NCBI GenBank assembly: GCA_050117845.1
Contig: JASFLY010000009.1
Location: forward strand, 33,974 to 97,973
Direction of reading: 5' to 3'
DNA: 64,000 nt
Source of the DNA: Candidatus Zixiibacteriota bacterium
GTDB lineage: Bacteria > RBG-13-66-14 > B26-G2 > WVWN01
The position numbers and the translations under genes are program-made. The notes beneath the pieces are model-generated. The model was not told where the DNA came from and ran no database searches. It saw only the letters and a program-made list of their open reading frames with translations. Below, piece by piece: positions 29,351-39,140 of the stretch; the first letter of the stretch is position 1, and the number at the start of each line of letters is the position of its first letter.

Positions 29351-29379
29351 TTGATTTGACTTGCCGGGGGGGATATGAT
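29351..29379 (+). promoter_or_regulatory. Putative tRNA promoter
   Basis: TTGATT-17 nt-TATGAT. Confidence 0.55.
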
Positions 29380-29399
29380 AGATATATGTTCGCACCCGC

Positions 29400-29485
29400 G
29401 CCCGGGTGGCGGAATTTGGTAGACGCGCATGGTTGAGGGCCATGTGGGAGACTTTCCTGTGCGGGTTCGAGTCCCGCCCCGGGCA
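29400..29485 (+). tRNA. tRNA-Leu (anticodon GAG)
   Basis: GCCCGGG/CCCGGGC acceptor stem, TGGTAGA D-loop, CATGG-TTGAGGG-CCATG anticodon arm, long variable arm, GGTTCGAGTCC T-arm; CCA not encoded. Confidence 0.95.
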
Positions 29486-29489
29486 AAGA

Positions 29490-29520
29490 AGAACGGCCCC
29501 CAGTGGGGGCCGTTTTATTT
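29490..29520. terminator. Bidirectional intrinsic terminator
   Basis: AACGGCCCCC-AGT-GGGGGCCGTTTTATTT between tRNA and the convergent gene. Confidence 0.7.
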
Positions 29521-29539
29521 GTGGAGGATTACGTAAACC

Positions 29540-30322
29540 TCAGCCTTCGATTCCGAACGCGGCGCCTCCGAAGAAGACGCTCGCGTCGTCCTCGCCGACC
29601 GCGTCCCGCAGGTCGCCGTCGACGAGCGTCGAGTAGCTCGCGTGCGGCCGGACGTACATGACGCCCAGGAAATTAAACGTCGCCGACACGCCGGCCTCGA
29701 CGAGGTTGAGGGCGAACTTGTCCTGGCCCAGGTTATAATCGTTGAACTTGGGCGAGCCCACGCCGGCCTGAACGTAGGCGTCGAGGCCCAGGTAGTCGGT
29801 GCAGCTGTGGCCCAGGCCCAAGCCGGCGTCGAAGTAATACCCGCCGGAGTTGCCCGCCACCGTCACGTAGTGGTCGGAGTACACGCTGGCTATCGACCCC
29901 ACGGGGTACGCCAGAAGGACGAAGATGTCCTGCGTGTCGTCGGGGTCCACCTTCTCCGTCTCCGGGGCCGCGCCTCCACCCGACACCTCGACTTCTACCT
30001 CGGGCAGGTAGTAGTAAACGTACCCCGCCTCGACGTACAGCCCCGAGAACGAACGGTTGTACGAGATGCTGAAGTCCAACTCGTCCAGCGTATTGTACTC
30101 GTCCTCCAGTTGGACGTTGGCCCAGAGGGCCGGCGTAATGCCGTTGAAGGACACGTACGCCGAGGGTTCCGCGACGAACCCCGGGCTGAAGACCATTCCG
30201 CGCCAGACGTAATCGGAAACGACGTCGGCCTCGGCCCCATAGGCCAGTTCCAACGCGGCCGACGACGACGCGGCGAGGACCGCGAGCGCCGCAACGTAAC
30301 ACATTACCTTACGTACGATCAT
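29540..30322 (-). CDS. Putative outer-membrane beta-barrel, TIGR02001/MipA-like
   Basis: Signal peptide; VSDYVWRG, ELDF, Y-x-Y-rich alternating strands. Confidence 0.7.
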   Translation of the reverse strand: MIVRKVMCYVAALAVLAASSSAALELAYGAEADVVSDYVWRGMVFSPGFVAEPSAYVSFNGITPALWANVQLEDEYNTLDELDFSISYNRSFSGLYVEAGYVYYYLPEVEVEVSGGGAAPETEKVDPDDTQDIFVLLAYPVGSIASVYSDHYVTVAGNSGGYYFDAGLGLGHSCTDYLGLDAYVQAGVGSPKFNDYNLGQDKFALNLVEAGVSATFNFLGVMYVRPHASYSTLVDGDLRDAVGEDDASVFFGGAAFGIEG

Positions 30323-30550
30323 ACCGGTAACCTTTCGATGAATCTCCGTATATCGTTTCCCGCCGATGAAAAAGAACGGATACTCCCTGCCCCGGGCCCC
30401 GAGGGCCGAAAAGAGCGATTATGGGCGGGCCGAACGATTTCCAGCTTCCCCGGGCCACGCGCGCGGGCCCTAGTTAGTGACGATGATACCCGTCGGCCCC
30501 CTCGAAATCAAGCCGTTTTTACCCTCGACGCGCGCCGGCGCCAAAAAGAA

Positions 30551-30579
30551 GAACGGCCCCCTTGCGGGGGCCGTTTATT
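30551..30579. terminator. Hairpin terminator downstream of the DUF4388 gene
   Basis: AACGGCCCCC-TTGC-GGGGGCCGTT. Confidence 0.6.
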
Positions 30580-30594
30580 CGAACTTCCACCCCC

Positions 30595-31356
30595 TTATTC
30601 TTTACTCGCGGAAGGCCGGACCATCTCGGCGCCGCCGTCCGAAAGGCGGCGGATGATATTCATGTTCAGAAGGCCGTAAATGATCCGGCAAACGTCGAAG
30701 CGGCTCAGGCCGGCCTCTTCGGCGATGGACGATAGATCGCGCCGGCCGTCGAGCAGGCTGAGGACCCGCCACTCCTGCGGTTTGAGCTGGATGTCGCCGC
30801 TCGACGCCGGGTTGGGGTTAATGGCGTAGACTTCGCAATAAGAATGGATAGTATCCTTGATCTGGCCCCATTCCTCGATGCGCCGCGCCCCTTCCAGGAT
30901 GATGTACTCGACGTCCATGGAAACCAGGATATCCTCGTCGTCGAGGTCGAGTTCCGGGAAAAAACGAAACCGCCCGGTACGTTCCCCGATGGCGGCGTAA
31001 ATGGATTCGGTTATCTGAGCTTTGATTTTATCTTCTAATACCTTGCGGTCGATAGCCCCCATCGCCGCGAGTATCGTCCCGAGGCGTATCGGGTTCCCCT
31101 CGACCTGCATCCTCTTTTGCGTTCGGAGAGCGAGCTCCAATTGCTCCCGGTTGATTAACCCCCCTTTTAACAGCATCGTACCCAGTTGTTCGCGCAAATT
31201 AGAGGGCGTCGCGAAAACCGCGCGCCCGTCTTTATAGTAGATCCATATCGTCTCGCGCTCCCCCTCCACGGCCAGGGTGCCGGTCTTCCGGCCCTGCCCG
31301 ATGATCTGCATCACTTCCGCCAGCGAGAAGTCCTGGATGTCCCCTTCTATCGACAT
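30595..31356 (-). CDS. DUF4388 domain protein
   Basis: GDIQDFSLAEVMQII...KTGTL, LGTMLL, ILEGARRIEEW, EWRVLSLLDGRR. Confidence 0.85.
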   Translation of the reverse strand: MSIEGDIQDFSLAEVMQIIGQGRKTGTLAVEGERETIWIYYKDGRAVFATPSNLREQLGTMLLKGGLINREQLELALRTQKRMQVEGNPIRLGTILAAMGAIDRKVLEDKIKAQITESIYAAIGERTGRFRFFPELDLDDEDILVSMDVEYIILEGARRIEEWGQIKDTIHSYCEVYAINPNPASSGDIQLKPQEWRVLSLLDGRRDLSSIAEEAGLSRFDVCRIIYGLLNMNIIRRLSDGGAEMVRPSASKE

Positions 31357-31457
31357 GTTTCGAACCGGATACGTTTTTATTAGAAACTATGTCATAATCC
31401 CCACCGCGCATACCTCACGTAAGCCGGCGTCACCCGCGAATCGCCGGTCGCGCGTTT

Positions 31458-31679
31458 TTACTTCGATTCGGACTTCTTCTGTTTTCCCCGCCGGCCCCGC
31501 CTAGCCATCCAAACGTCAATGTCCTCGGGTAGGGCGCAAACCACCCCACCGACTCGGACTACAGGCAATCCTTCCCGTTCCCTCCTCTTGGCGGTGGCAA
31601 CCGAACAATCCAGGAAGGCCGCGATGCGCGTCCAACCCATCAGGATTTTCGGTCGGCGGGGGTTACGTTTCGTTGCCAT
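31458..31679 (-). CDS. Small helix-turn-helix DNA-binding protein (excisionase/MerR-like)
   Basis: GW-x2-IAAFLDCSVATAKRRE-x-EGLPV...EDIDVW; GGAGG RBS. Confidence 0.7.
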   Translation of the reverse strand: MATKRNPRRPKILMGWTRIAAFLDCSVATAKRREREGLPVVRVGGVVCALPEDIDVWMARRGRRGKQKKSESK

Positions 31680-31814
31680 TTGGCATACCTCCCGCGTCGT
31701 AAATTCAGAATACGATTAAGTTTACGCGTCTAAAAGTATTATAGCAGATTCTTGACGCGACGGCAAATAAATCTGGCCTACCGAATCGACTTTAAACGTA
31801 ATCGAGTCGATCCA

Positions 31815-34800
31815 TTAAAAAACGTCCATTTCGGCCGCCCGCCGGGGGGCGTCGTCCAGCAACTCGTCTCCCCGGGCGATCAACTCCCCGGCCGGCCCCG
31901 GCGAGACCGCCCGCCGTTCGGCGTCGGCCTCCCGGGCGAATATTAAATAAACCCGAACCGGCGTTACGCCCGCCACCCGCCCGAGCGCCGCCGCGTATAC
32001 GGCCATCTGGTCCCGGTACTCGCGCCCCGCCCGCTCGGAAGCCGCCGCCGGGTCATCGCTTTTATAGTCCACTATTACCCAGCCGTCCTCGGCTTCGTAC
32101 GCCAGGTCGATTTTGCCGGCGACGATGGCGTCCCCCACGGTAACCGAAAAGGGCATCTCGCGGTACGTCGTCGCCGCCGCGGCCGCCTCCCGCACCGGCG
32201 CCGAAGAGAGGCAATTGGCCGCCCAGGCCGCCACGTCGCGCTCATCCTCCGGCCCGAGGCCCAGGTCCCGGCACGCCCGGCCGGCCGCCTCGGCCACGCC
32301 GGCGTCGTTTCCGAGGTCCAGAACCTCCATGACGGCGTGCAGCGCCAGCCCTTTCCGCAGGGCGTCCTTCGAGGACGAGGCCGGGGCGCGGACATCCTCG
32401 TCGCCCTCCTCCTCGACGTGGGCCAGGGCCGACGCGCCGATAATCGGCGCGGGCACGGCGGCACGGCGCACCGATTCGGCCAGGCCCCGTTCCCAATCGT
32501 CCCGGCCCGAGGCCAGGTCCGGCGCCGACGCGCCTTCCGGGGCCGCCGGCCCGAGCGTCGCCCTCTCGGCCTCCGCGTCGATGCGGACGACCTCCACCGG
32601 CCGCTCGTCCTCGCCGAACGCCGCCACCGTCGCGGCCAGGGAGTCCTCGGCCGCCTCGGCCATCGCCGGGAGCACCAGCACGTCGCGGGCCCGCGTGGCG
32701 GCGACGTAGTCCAACCGCCGCTCCTCGCAGCGGCCGAAATGCTCCTCCCGGTCGGCCGCGTCCTCGTAGCCGGGAGTAAGGAGCCGCGTCCCCGCCTTCT
32801 CGCTTCCGACGCGGAGGTGCAAAAGGCCCGTCCGGCGGTCCACGAACGCGGCGTCGCCCCGGCCCCCGCCGGCCTTGCGGCCCCAGTCGGCGAAGACGAC
32901 GGCGGCGAACTCCAGCCCCTTGGCCGCGTGGACGGTCAGAAGGCGCACGAAGTCGTCGGCCGCGTCCAGCGCCGGCGATTCGTGCTCCGCCTCCTCGCGT
33001 TCGGCCATTTCGGTAAGCCACCGGGCGAACCCGCGCAGGCCGACGCCGCCCGCCGCGGCGTAGCGCCGCGCCGCCGCGAGGATCTTGCGGACGTTCGCCA
33101 CGGCCCGGGGGCCGTCGCCCCACAAGGCGCTCTTGGTCAACAGCCGGCTCGACGAAACGAGGTCCGCCAGCGTCGCCGCGGGGGTTCTGTCCGGGCGTTC
33201 GCGGTGGAGGCGGCCGAGGAGTTCCCGGGGGGCGCGGAAGCCGGCCGGCGCGTCGTCGGGCAGCTTTTTACGATAATCGAAAACGCCGCCGGCCAGACGG
33301 AAGCGCAACAGGTCGTCGGGCGTGAGCGAGAACAACGGCGAGGTCAGCGTCGCCACGAGGGCCAACTCGTCCGCCGGGTTGTCGATGGCCCGGGCGGCCG
33401 CCGCCAGGGCCTTGACCTCCGGCCGGACGTAGAAGGTCTGGCCGCCGTAGGTGTAGAACGGCACGCCCCACGCCTCGAGCGCCGATTCCCACGTGCGGAC
33501 GTGCGTCCGACTGCGGAACAACACGGCGAAGTCGCGATACGCCACGTGCCGTCGCGTTTCGCTTTCGCCGTCGAAGACGTCGAACTCGCTCCCCAGTACG
33601 GCCCGGCGGACGAACGCCGCGACCGCGTCGGCCGCCGCGGCCTCGCTCCCGAACTCGCCCCCCGGCCCCTCGAGGACGAACGCCCCGGCCCCCTCCCCCG
33701 CCCGCGAGGCCGCGAGTTCGGAGGGTTCCAACTTCCCGTACGCCGGCTGATAAGGCGGTTCGCCCTCCCCGAACACGCCGCCGAACGCCCGGTTCACGAA
33801 GGATATCAGGCGCGGGGCCGAGCGGAAATTGTCGGTGAGCCGGAGCGTCTCGCCGCCCGACGCCTCCACCACCCGACGGGCCGCCTCGTATACCTCGACG
33901 TCCGCCCGGCGGAACCGGTAGATGGATTGCTTGGGGTCGCCCACGACGAAGAGCTTGCCCGGGACCAGCGCGACGTCGCGCCAGTCGTCCGCCACGGGGC
34001 CCTCCTCGGCCAGATAGAAAATAAGCTCGACTTGAAGGGGGTCGGTATCCTGGAATTCGTCCACCAGGATGTGGCGGAAGCGCCGTTGGAAATACTCGCG
34101 CGCCCCCGTCTCCTTGCGCCGCAGGAGCCGGGCCGCGCCGAGCAACAGGTCCTGGAAGTCGAGGACGCCGGCCTCCTCCTTGCGGCGCGCGAAGGCCTCC
34201 GCCGCCCCGCCGAGCCACGAGACCGCCGGCGGCAAGAGCGCCCTCCCCCGGGCGTCGCAGACCTCCGCCAGGGCCGAGAGCGCCGGCTTCAAGTACTCCT
34301 CGACCAGCTCGTCCTTGAGTGCGCCGGGTTGCCAGTTGCTTTTGGCGCCGCCCGGTTTGATTTTGGTCCGGCACAAACCGTCGAGGTCGCCCGCCCGCAG
34401 GGCCTCGGCCGCGCCGTCCAGCGCCTCGAACGCCCGGTAGCAACGGTCGTCCGGGTCCTTGCACCGGCCCCGGACCTCGGCGAAGCGGCGCCCCGCCGCG
34501 TCCAGCGCGGCCTCGAGGCCGCCGAAATCGGGGATGGGAATATCGTAACCGTCGAGTTTTACTATATCGCGCTCAGCGCATATCCGCGCGAGCGCCTTCG
34601 CGAGGAAGTCGGGACGGGGGGCCCCGACGTGGGACCAGAGCGCGGCCCACGGCTCGTTCCGGCCTATCGTCTCGGCGGCCGCGCCCACCCATTCGTCCCA
34701 AACGCCCTCGAAGAGCAGGGCCGCCGCGGCGGCGTCCAGGACCTCGAAGCCGGGGTCGACGCCGGCCTCCACCGGCAGCTCGCGCAAGAGCGACGCCGCG

Positions 34801-35048
34801 AAGGAGTGGATGGTCGAGATCTGCGCCCGGTCGAACCGCTCCACCGCCCGGGCGGCCTGGACGTCGTCGGGGTGTTCCGCGGCCCAATCGTCGAGGGCGG
34901 CCCGCAGCCGGGCCGAGAGCTCGGCCGCGGCCTTCTCGGTGAAGGTTATCGCGACGAGCTGGGCCGGGTCGTATCCGGGGGTCAGCAATGCCGCCAGGGC
35001 CCGGTCGCACAACAGGCGGGTCTTGCCCGTGCCGGCGCTGGCCTCCAT
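31815..35048 (-). CDS. addA: UvrD-type helicase-nuclease AddA
   Basis: ASAGTGKT, ITFTEKAA, STIHSF, VDEFQDT, VGDPKQSIYRFR, NFRS, TVHAAKGLEF, YVAATRA, GKID..VDYK; true start probably ~35114 (see findings). Confidence 0.93.
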   Translation of the reverse strand: MEASAGTGKTRLLCDRALAALLTPGYDPAQLVAITFTEKAAAELSARLRAALDDWAAEHPDDVQAARAVERFDRAQISTIHSFAASLLRELPVEAGVDPGFEVLDAAAAALLFEGVWDEWVGAAAETIGRNEPWAALWSHVGAPRPDFLAKALARICAERDIVKLDGYDIPIPDFGGLEAALDAAGRRFAEVRGRCKDPDDRCYRAFEALDGAAEALRAGDLDGLCRTKIKPGGAKSNWQPGALKDELVEEYLKPALSALAEVCDARGRALLPPAVSWLGGAAEAFARRKEEAGVLDFQDLLLGAARLLRRKETGAREYFQRRFRHILVDEFQDTDPLQVELIFYLAEEGPVADDWRDVALVPGKLFVVGDPKQSIYRFRRADVEVYEAARRVVEASGGETLRLTDNFRSAPRLISFVNRAFGGVFGEGEPPYQPAYGKLEPSELAASRAGEGAGAFVLEGPGGEFGSEAAAADAVAAFVRRAVLGSEFDVFDGESETRRHVAYRDFAVLFRSRTHVRTWESALEAWGVPFYTYGGQTFYVRPEVKALAAAARAIDNPADELALVATLTSPLFSLTPDDLLRFRLAGGVFDYRKKLPDDAPAGFRAPRELLGRLHRERPDRTPAATLADLVSSSRLLTKSALWGDGPRAVANVRKILAAARRYAAAGGVGLRGFARWLTEMAEREEAEHESPALDAADDFVRLLTVHAAKGLEFAAVVFADWGRKAGGGRGDAAFVDRRTGLLHLRVGSEKAGTRLLTPGYEDAADREEHFGRCEERRLDYVAATRARDVLVLPAMAEAAEDSLAATVAAFGEDERPVEVVRIDAEAERATLGPAAPEGASAPDLASGRDDWERGLAESVRRAAVPAPIIGASALAHVEEEGDEDVRAPASSSKDALRKGLALHAVMEVLDLGNDAGVAEAAGRACRDLGLGPEDERDVAAWAANCLSSAPVREAAAAATTYREMPFSVTVGDAIVAGKIDLAYEAEDGWVIVDYKSDDPAAASERAGREYRDQMAVYAAALGRVAGVTPVRVYLIFAREADAERRAVSPGPAGELIARGDELLDDAPRRAAEMDVF

Positions 35049-35115
35049 GAAGAAGGTCCGCCCCAGGTCGCGCGCCGCTTCCCGCGCCGAGCCGTCGGAA
35101 AGTTCGGCCGCCGTC

Positions 35116-38100
35116 TTACTTCACCTCCCGCAACTCGGCCAGCCGCGAAGCCGGCGCCGAGGCCCACTTCGCCTCGCCGAGGGAAGTCCCGATGACGTCG
35201 CAGATCACCCTCATGTCGCAATGGCGGCAGGGCGTCCGGCCGCCGGAATCCCCGCCGCCGGCGACGAATACGCCGTCCCGGGCGAGGCCGAGCAAGCCGC
35301 CCACGAGGTGCCGCACGGCCGCCTCGTCCAGCGGCCCCTTGTCCGATATGACCCACTTGTATTTCTCGCCCCGTCCCAGCGGGAAGCAGTACCCCGCTTC
35401 CGAACGCGCCGGGTCCAGGCCGAAAAGGGCCCCGGCGGCCATCAGGTACAGGGCAGGCTGGAGCTGCCGGCCGCCGTCCAGATTGGCCACGTGGCGGTCG
35501 CGCGAACCCGTTTTGTAGTCGAGGACCCGCGCCGCGTCGCCGCGAATGTCCACCCGGTCGATGCGGCCGTGGATCTCGGCCGCGGCCGGGCCCCCGCCGT
35601 CCGCGGCCGTTTCCAGCTCCATCCCGTACGGCTCGGCTACCGACGCCGGGTCGTCGCTTTCGTCGGCCCGCCGGCCGAAGCGCAGTTCGACGTACGTCGG
35701 GGCCCAGTCGCCGTCCGCTGCGGCCTCGGCCTCGACGAAGGCCGCGAGTTTTTCCGATAGCAGGCGCCGCTCCATCTCGAGGGCGAAAGGCCGGGCCGTC
35801 GGCCCCTCGGCGGCCAGGGCGTCCAGCGCCTCCCCGACCAGCCGGCCTATCTCGGCCTCAATGCCTCCCGCGGATGGATGGCGGTAGTATTCGCGGAGCA
35901 CGTCGTGGACGACCTTCCCCCGGGCCAGGGGCGATACCGCCAGGTCCTCTTCGGCCTCCTCCCACGCCCGCAACGCCAAAACCTTTTCGAATAAGTATTT
36001 ACGCGGGCACGCCGCCAGCGTCTCGAGGTCGGAGGGAGAGGCCGCTACGGCCCGGCGGCCGAAGCGCCCCGCCAGGTACTCCCGGCCTTCGGCCGAGACG
36101 ATGAGGCCGTCGTACGGCGTCGCCACCGTTGACCCGGCCGACGCCGCGGCCTCGCGGGCCGCCGCGCATCCGGCGTCGGCTCCGGCCAGTGAGGCGCCCA
36201 CGGCGGCGCCGCCGAGTTCCCGCGCCCGGCCGGCCCAGTATTCGGCCTCGTCGAGCGCGGCCTCGGCCGGCGGGGCGTCGGAACTGCCCACCCGGGTGAA
36301 CCACGGATACGCGGCCGCGGCCCGGTCGAAGTTGTCCGCCGTCAAAGCTCCCCCGGTCAGAATAGCCGCCTGCCGCACGAGGAAGTGGGAAGGCAGGCGC
36401 TCGCGCCCCGCCCCGTCCATGCGGTGGTAGGAGAGGTGCAGGAATTCCTCCGCCGTCCCCAGGGCCAGCCGGAAAAGCAGCGGCTCCTCGACCGCCCGCT
36501 CCGCCTTGAGGTTGAATCTCCAGCGGCCGTCGGCCCGGTCGTTGAATTCGGCGCGCTCGTGGTCGAGCAGCACCGGGTCCTGGGGCGGCCGGCGCGGGTA
36601 GGAGCCCTCGCAAACGGCCGGGATGAATACGGCCCGGAAGCGCAGGCTCCGCGCGTTATCCGTTTTAATGAGGTGAACGCCGCCCCGCTCAAACGACCCG
36701 GCCCCCAGCTTCGTATCGCGCAGGAGCCTCTCCACCGTTTCGGCGAACGTCCGGAGGGGGACCGGCGCTTCCACGACCTCGTCGTAGGCCGCGAGGTCAC
36801 GGCACAGGGCGACGGCGGCCTCCCGGCCGTCATTCGCCTCGAAATAGTCGGTAACGAAATCCTCCAGGCACCCGGCGAATTCGCCCCAGCGGGCGCTCGC
36901 CGGGAAATCTTCCCACGCCGCGAAGAGGCCCTCGACGTACGAGGCCAGCGCCCGCGCGTCGGCCGGGTCGTGGCGCCGCTTATCCTCCGGAGCCGACGCG
37001 CAGATTTCGGCGTAGCGGGCCAGCCGCTTGGCCCACGCCTCCCGGCCGTAGACGATGCCCGCGGCCGCGGATATCTCGTCCCACAGGGCCGGTTCGAACG
37101 CGGCCCCGCCGCCGCTTCCGCCGCTCAACGGCGCGGTCGCCAGGAAGTCCATCACGTCCCGCCGCCCGAAAGGCCGCGACGCGGCGCCGGCCTGCCGGAC
37201 CAACTCCAGCGCGCGGCGAATCCCATCCCCCGCCCGGGTGGACGCGAGCGGCCGGCCGCCGCTGATATTGACCGGTATTCTGACGGCGTCGAAGACCTCG
37301 ACCAGCGCGGCCAGAACGGCCTCGTCCCGGTACAGGACGGCCGTCTCCGTGAAGCGGACGCCCGATTCCCGGTTGAGGCGCAGCACCTCCCGGGCCACGA
37401 CGCGCGCCTCGGCCTCCTCGTCCGGGGCCGACACGATTTTTACCGAGCCGGGAAGACGGGTACTTTTCGCCGCGCCGGCGGCGTCGCCCCCGTCGAGGGG
37501 GACGGCCCCGACCCCCAGCCGCGCCAGCCATTCCCGCGTCGCCCCGGTGAAACGGAACTCCGGCTCGTCGCCGTAGGGCATATAAATATTCAACCGCACG
37601 GCGGTAGCGAGGGTCGAAAGAAGGAAGCGCTGCAGTTCATTGAAATCGTAGAAGCCGAACAGCGACAGCCCCGGAGCCTCGAATGCCGCGCCGAACGAGG
37701 GCGCCCGGCCGGCGGCGGCCCGGAAAACGTCGTATTCGTCCCACAGCGGCGGCCGCGAGCCGTCCCCCGCCAGCACGCCCCGGTACCGGTCGTACAGCCG
37801 GCCGAAGAGGGCCAGCTTCTCGCCCAGGTTCAGGTCGGCGTGCCAGGCCCCGAGGCCCGCCTGGGCGACGTCCTCCGCCGCGGCCCCGAGCGCGTCGACG
37901 AAGCCGGGCCTCCCTTTAACCGGGCCGAAGTACGACGCCCGCTCGAGGTCGGCGGCGAGCGACGCGAGCACGGCCCGGCCGCCCCCCTTCGGGAGGCTAT
38001 TTCCGGGGCCGGCCAAGCGCCGGGCCAGGTCGATCAGGGTGAGGAAACGAACGTTGGCGTGGCCCCCCGCCTCGCGCGCCAGCCGCCGCGACAGCTGCAG

Positions 38101-38238
38101 GCCCGCGAGGTTCGACCGAACGACCACCACGGCCGGGGCGAGCGGGGCCGCCTCCCGGGCGCCCCGCAGGTCCTCGAAGAGGCGGCCGGCCAGCGTCTTT
38201 TCGGACATCGATAAATAGAGGGTGTGCCGCGGAGTCAA
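35116..38238 (-). CDS. addB: AddB-like subunit with PD-(D/E)XK nuclease and Fe-S staple
   Basis: Degenerate helicase body; ACPRKY, GRIDRVD, LDYKTG, QPALY, CRHCDMRVIC; directly upstream of addA. Confidence 0.88.
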   Translation of the reverse strand: MTPRHTLYLSMSEKTLAGRLFEDLRGAREAAPLAPAVVVVRSNLAGLQLSRRLAREAGGHANVRFLTLIDLARRLAGPGNSLPKGGGRAVLASLAADLERASYFGPVKGRPGFVDALGAAAEDVAQAGLGAWHADLNLGEKLALFGRLYDRYRGVLAGDGSRPPLWDEYDVFRAAAGRAPSFGAAFEAPGLSLFGFYDFNELQRFLLSTLATAVRLNIYMPYGDEPEFRFTGATREWLARLGVGAVPLDGGDAAGAAKSTRLPGSVKIVSAPDEEAEARVVAREVLRLNRESGVRFTETAVLYRDEAVLAALVEVFDAVRIPVNISGGRPLASTRAGDGIRRALELVRQAGAASRPFGRRDVMDFLATAPLSGGSGGGAAFEPALWDEISAAAGIVYGREAWAKRLARYAEICASAPEDKRRHDPADARALASYVEGLFAAWEDFPASARWGEFAGCLEDFVTDYFEANDGREAAVALCRDLAAYDEVVEAPVPLRTFAETVERLLRDTKLGAGSFERGGVHLIKTDNARSLRFRAVFIPAVCEGSYPRRPPQDPVLLDHERAEFNDRADGRWRFNLKAERAVEEPLLFRLALGTAEEFLHLSYHRMDGAGRERLPSHFLVRQAAILTGGALTADNFDRAAAAYPWFTRVGSSDAPPAEAALDEAEYWAGRARELGGAAVGASLAGADAGCAAAREAAASAGSTVATPYDGLIVSAEGREYLAGRFGRRAVAASPSDLETLAACPRKYLFEKVLALRAWEEAEEDLAVSPLARGKVVHDVLREYYRHPSAGGIEAEIGRLVGEALDALAAEGPTARPFALEMERRLLSEKLAAFVEAEAAADGDWAPTYVELRFGRRADESDDPASVAEPYGMELETAADGGGPAAAEIHGRIDRVDIRGDAARVLDYKTGSRDRHVANLDGGRQLQPALYLMAAGALFGLDPARSEAGYCFPLGRGEKYKWVISDKGPLDEAAVRHLVGGLLGLARDGVFVAGGGDSGGRTPCRHCDMRVICDVIGTSLGEAKWASAPASRLAELREVK

Positions 38239-38341
38239 GCCGTCCTTCCTTTCCCGGAATACACTACTATATATGAAGGAAATGACAAGTATTATTTAAA
38301 AGATACACGCCTCGGCCCCGCCGGGCCCTCCGAAATTATAT

Positions 38342-38370
38342 TTGACACCCCCCGGCAAATCTGGTAGATT
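38342..38370 (+). promoter_or_regulatory. Sigma70 promoter of the DUF3108-gmhA-pyrF operon
   Basis: TTGACA-17 nt-TAGATT with TG extension. Confidence 0.65.
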
Positions 38371-38398
38371 TTAACACTCTACCGTCAGGAGGAATAAT

Positions 38399-39127
38399 AT
38401 GCTGAAAAAGGCTTTAATAGTAACCGTATCTCTAGTCGTGTTATCAGGGCTATGTTCGGCCGCTCCTTTCAAGGCCGGCGAGAAACTGGTGTTTTCGGTA
38501 TCGTGGTCCGATATCGTCAAGGCCGGAACGGCGACGCTTTCGGTCCCCGGCGTGAAGGTTTTCAACGGCCATAAGGTATATCATATAGTGTCCACGGCCT
38601 CCTCCGGCCCCCAGGTCTCGGCCTTCTTCTACACCCGGGACCGCATCGATATATATCTCGACGTGGACGACTATACCATATGGAAATCGGAGAAACACCT
38701 CGTCGAGGGGACGTACACCAAGGACGAGGTAATATATTTCAATCCCCCGGGCCGGACGGCCACGCGCGGCGTCAAGACCATGCGGACGCTCGCCAGCCCC
38801 CGCGACGCCCTGGGCGGCTTCTACTACGTCCGTTCGCTCGACCTCGAGGTCGGGGAGGACGTGGAGGTCAACTACGCCGACGGTAAGGTATCCAAACCCA
38901 TAGTAATCAAGGTCCTCCGCAAGGAACAGGTCACGGTGCCGGCGGGGACCTTCGACACTCTGGTCATCGAACCGGTCCTGAACGAGACCGAGGGTATCTT
39001 CAAACAGGAAGGCCAGATCTGGATTTGGGTCACGGACGACGAAAATAAGATGCCGGTCATCCTGAAGTCCAAAATCGCCATCGGGAACATCGAAGTCCAG
39101 CTCGAAACTTACACGCTCGGCTCGTAA
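38399..39127 (+). CDS. DUF3108 family exported protein
   Basis: Signal peptide; PFKAGEKL, D-x-L...YYVRS, VTVPAGTFDT, IWVTDDENKMPV. Confidence 0.82.
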   Translation: MLKKALIVTVSLVVLSGLCSAAPFKAGEKLVFSVSWSDIVKAGTATLSVPGVKVFNGHKVYHIVSTASSGPQVSAFFYTRDRIDIYLDVDDYTIWKSEKHLVEGTYTKDEVIYFNPPGRTATRGVKTMRTLASPRDALGGFYYVRSLDLEVGEDVEVNYADGKVSKPIVIKVLRKEQVTVPAGTFDTLVIEPVLNETEGIFKQEGQIWIWVTDDENKMPVILKSKIAIGNIEVQLETYTLGS

Positions 39128-39140
39128 CGGCGTCACGCCT

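Noticed and set aside
30323..30510. Riboswitch in the ~155-nt leader of the beta-barrel gene (promoter-like TTGATT-17-TATCAT)
   Set aside because: No riboswitch consensus recognised by eye; needs an Rfam scan.
29400..31700. Prophage or island integrated at tRNA-Leu
   Set aside because: No integrase, no duplicated tRNA 3' end seen, and a terminator directly follows the tRNA.
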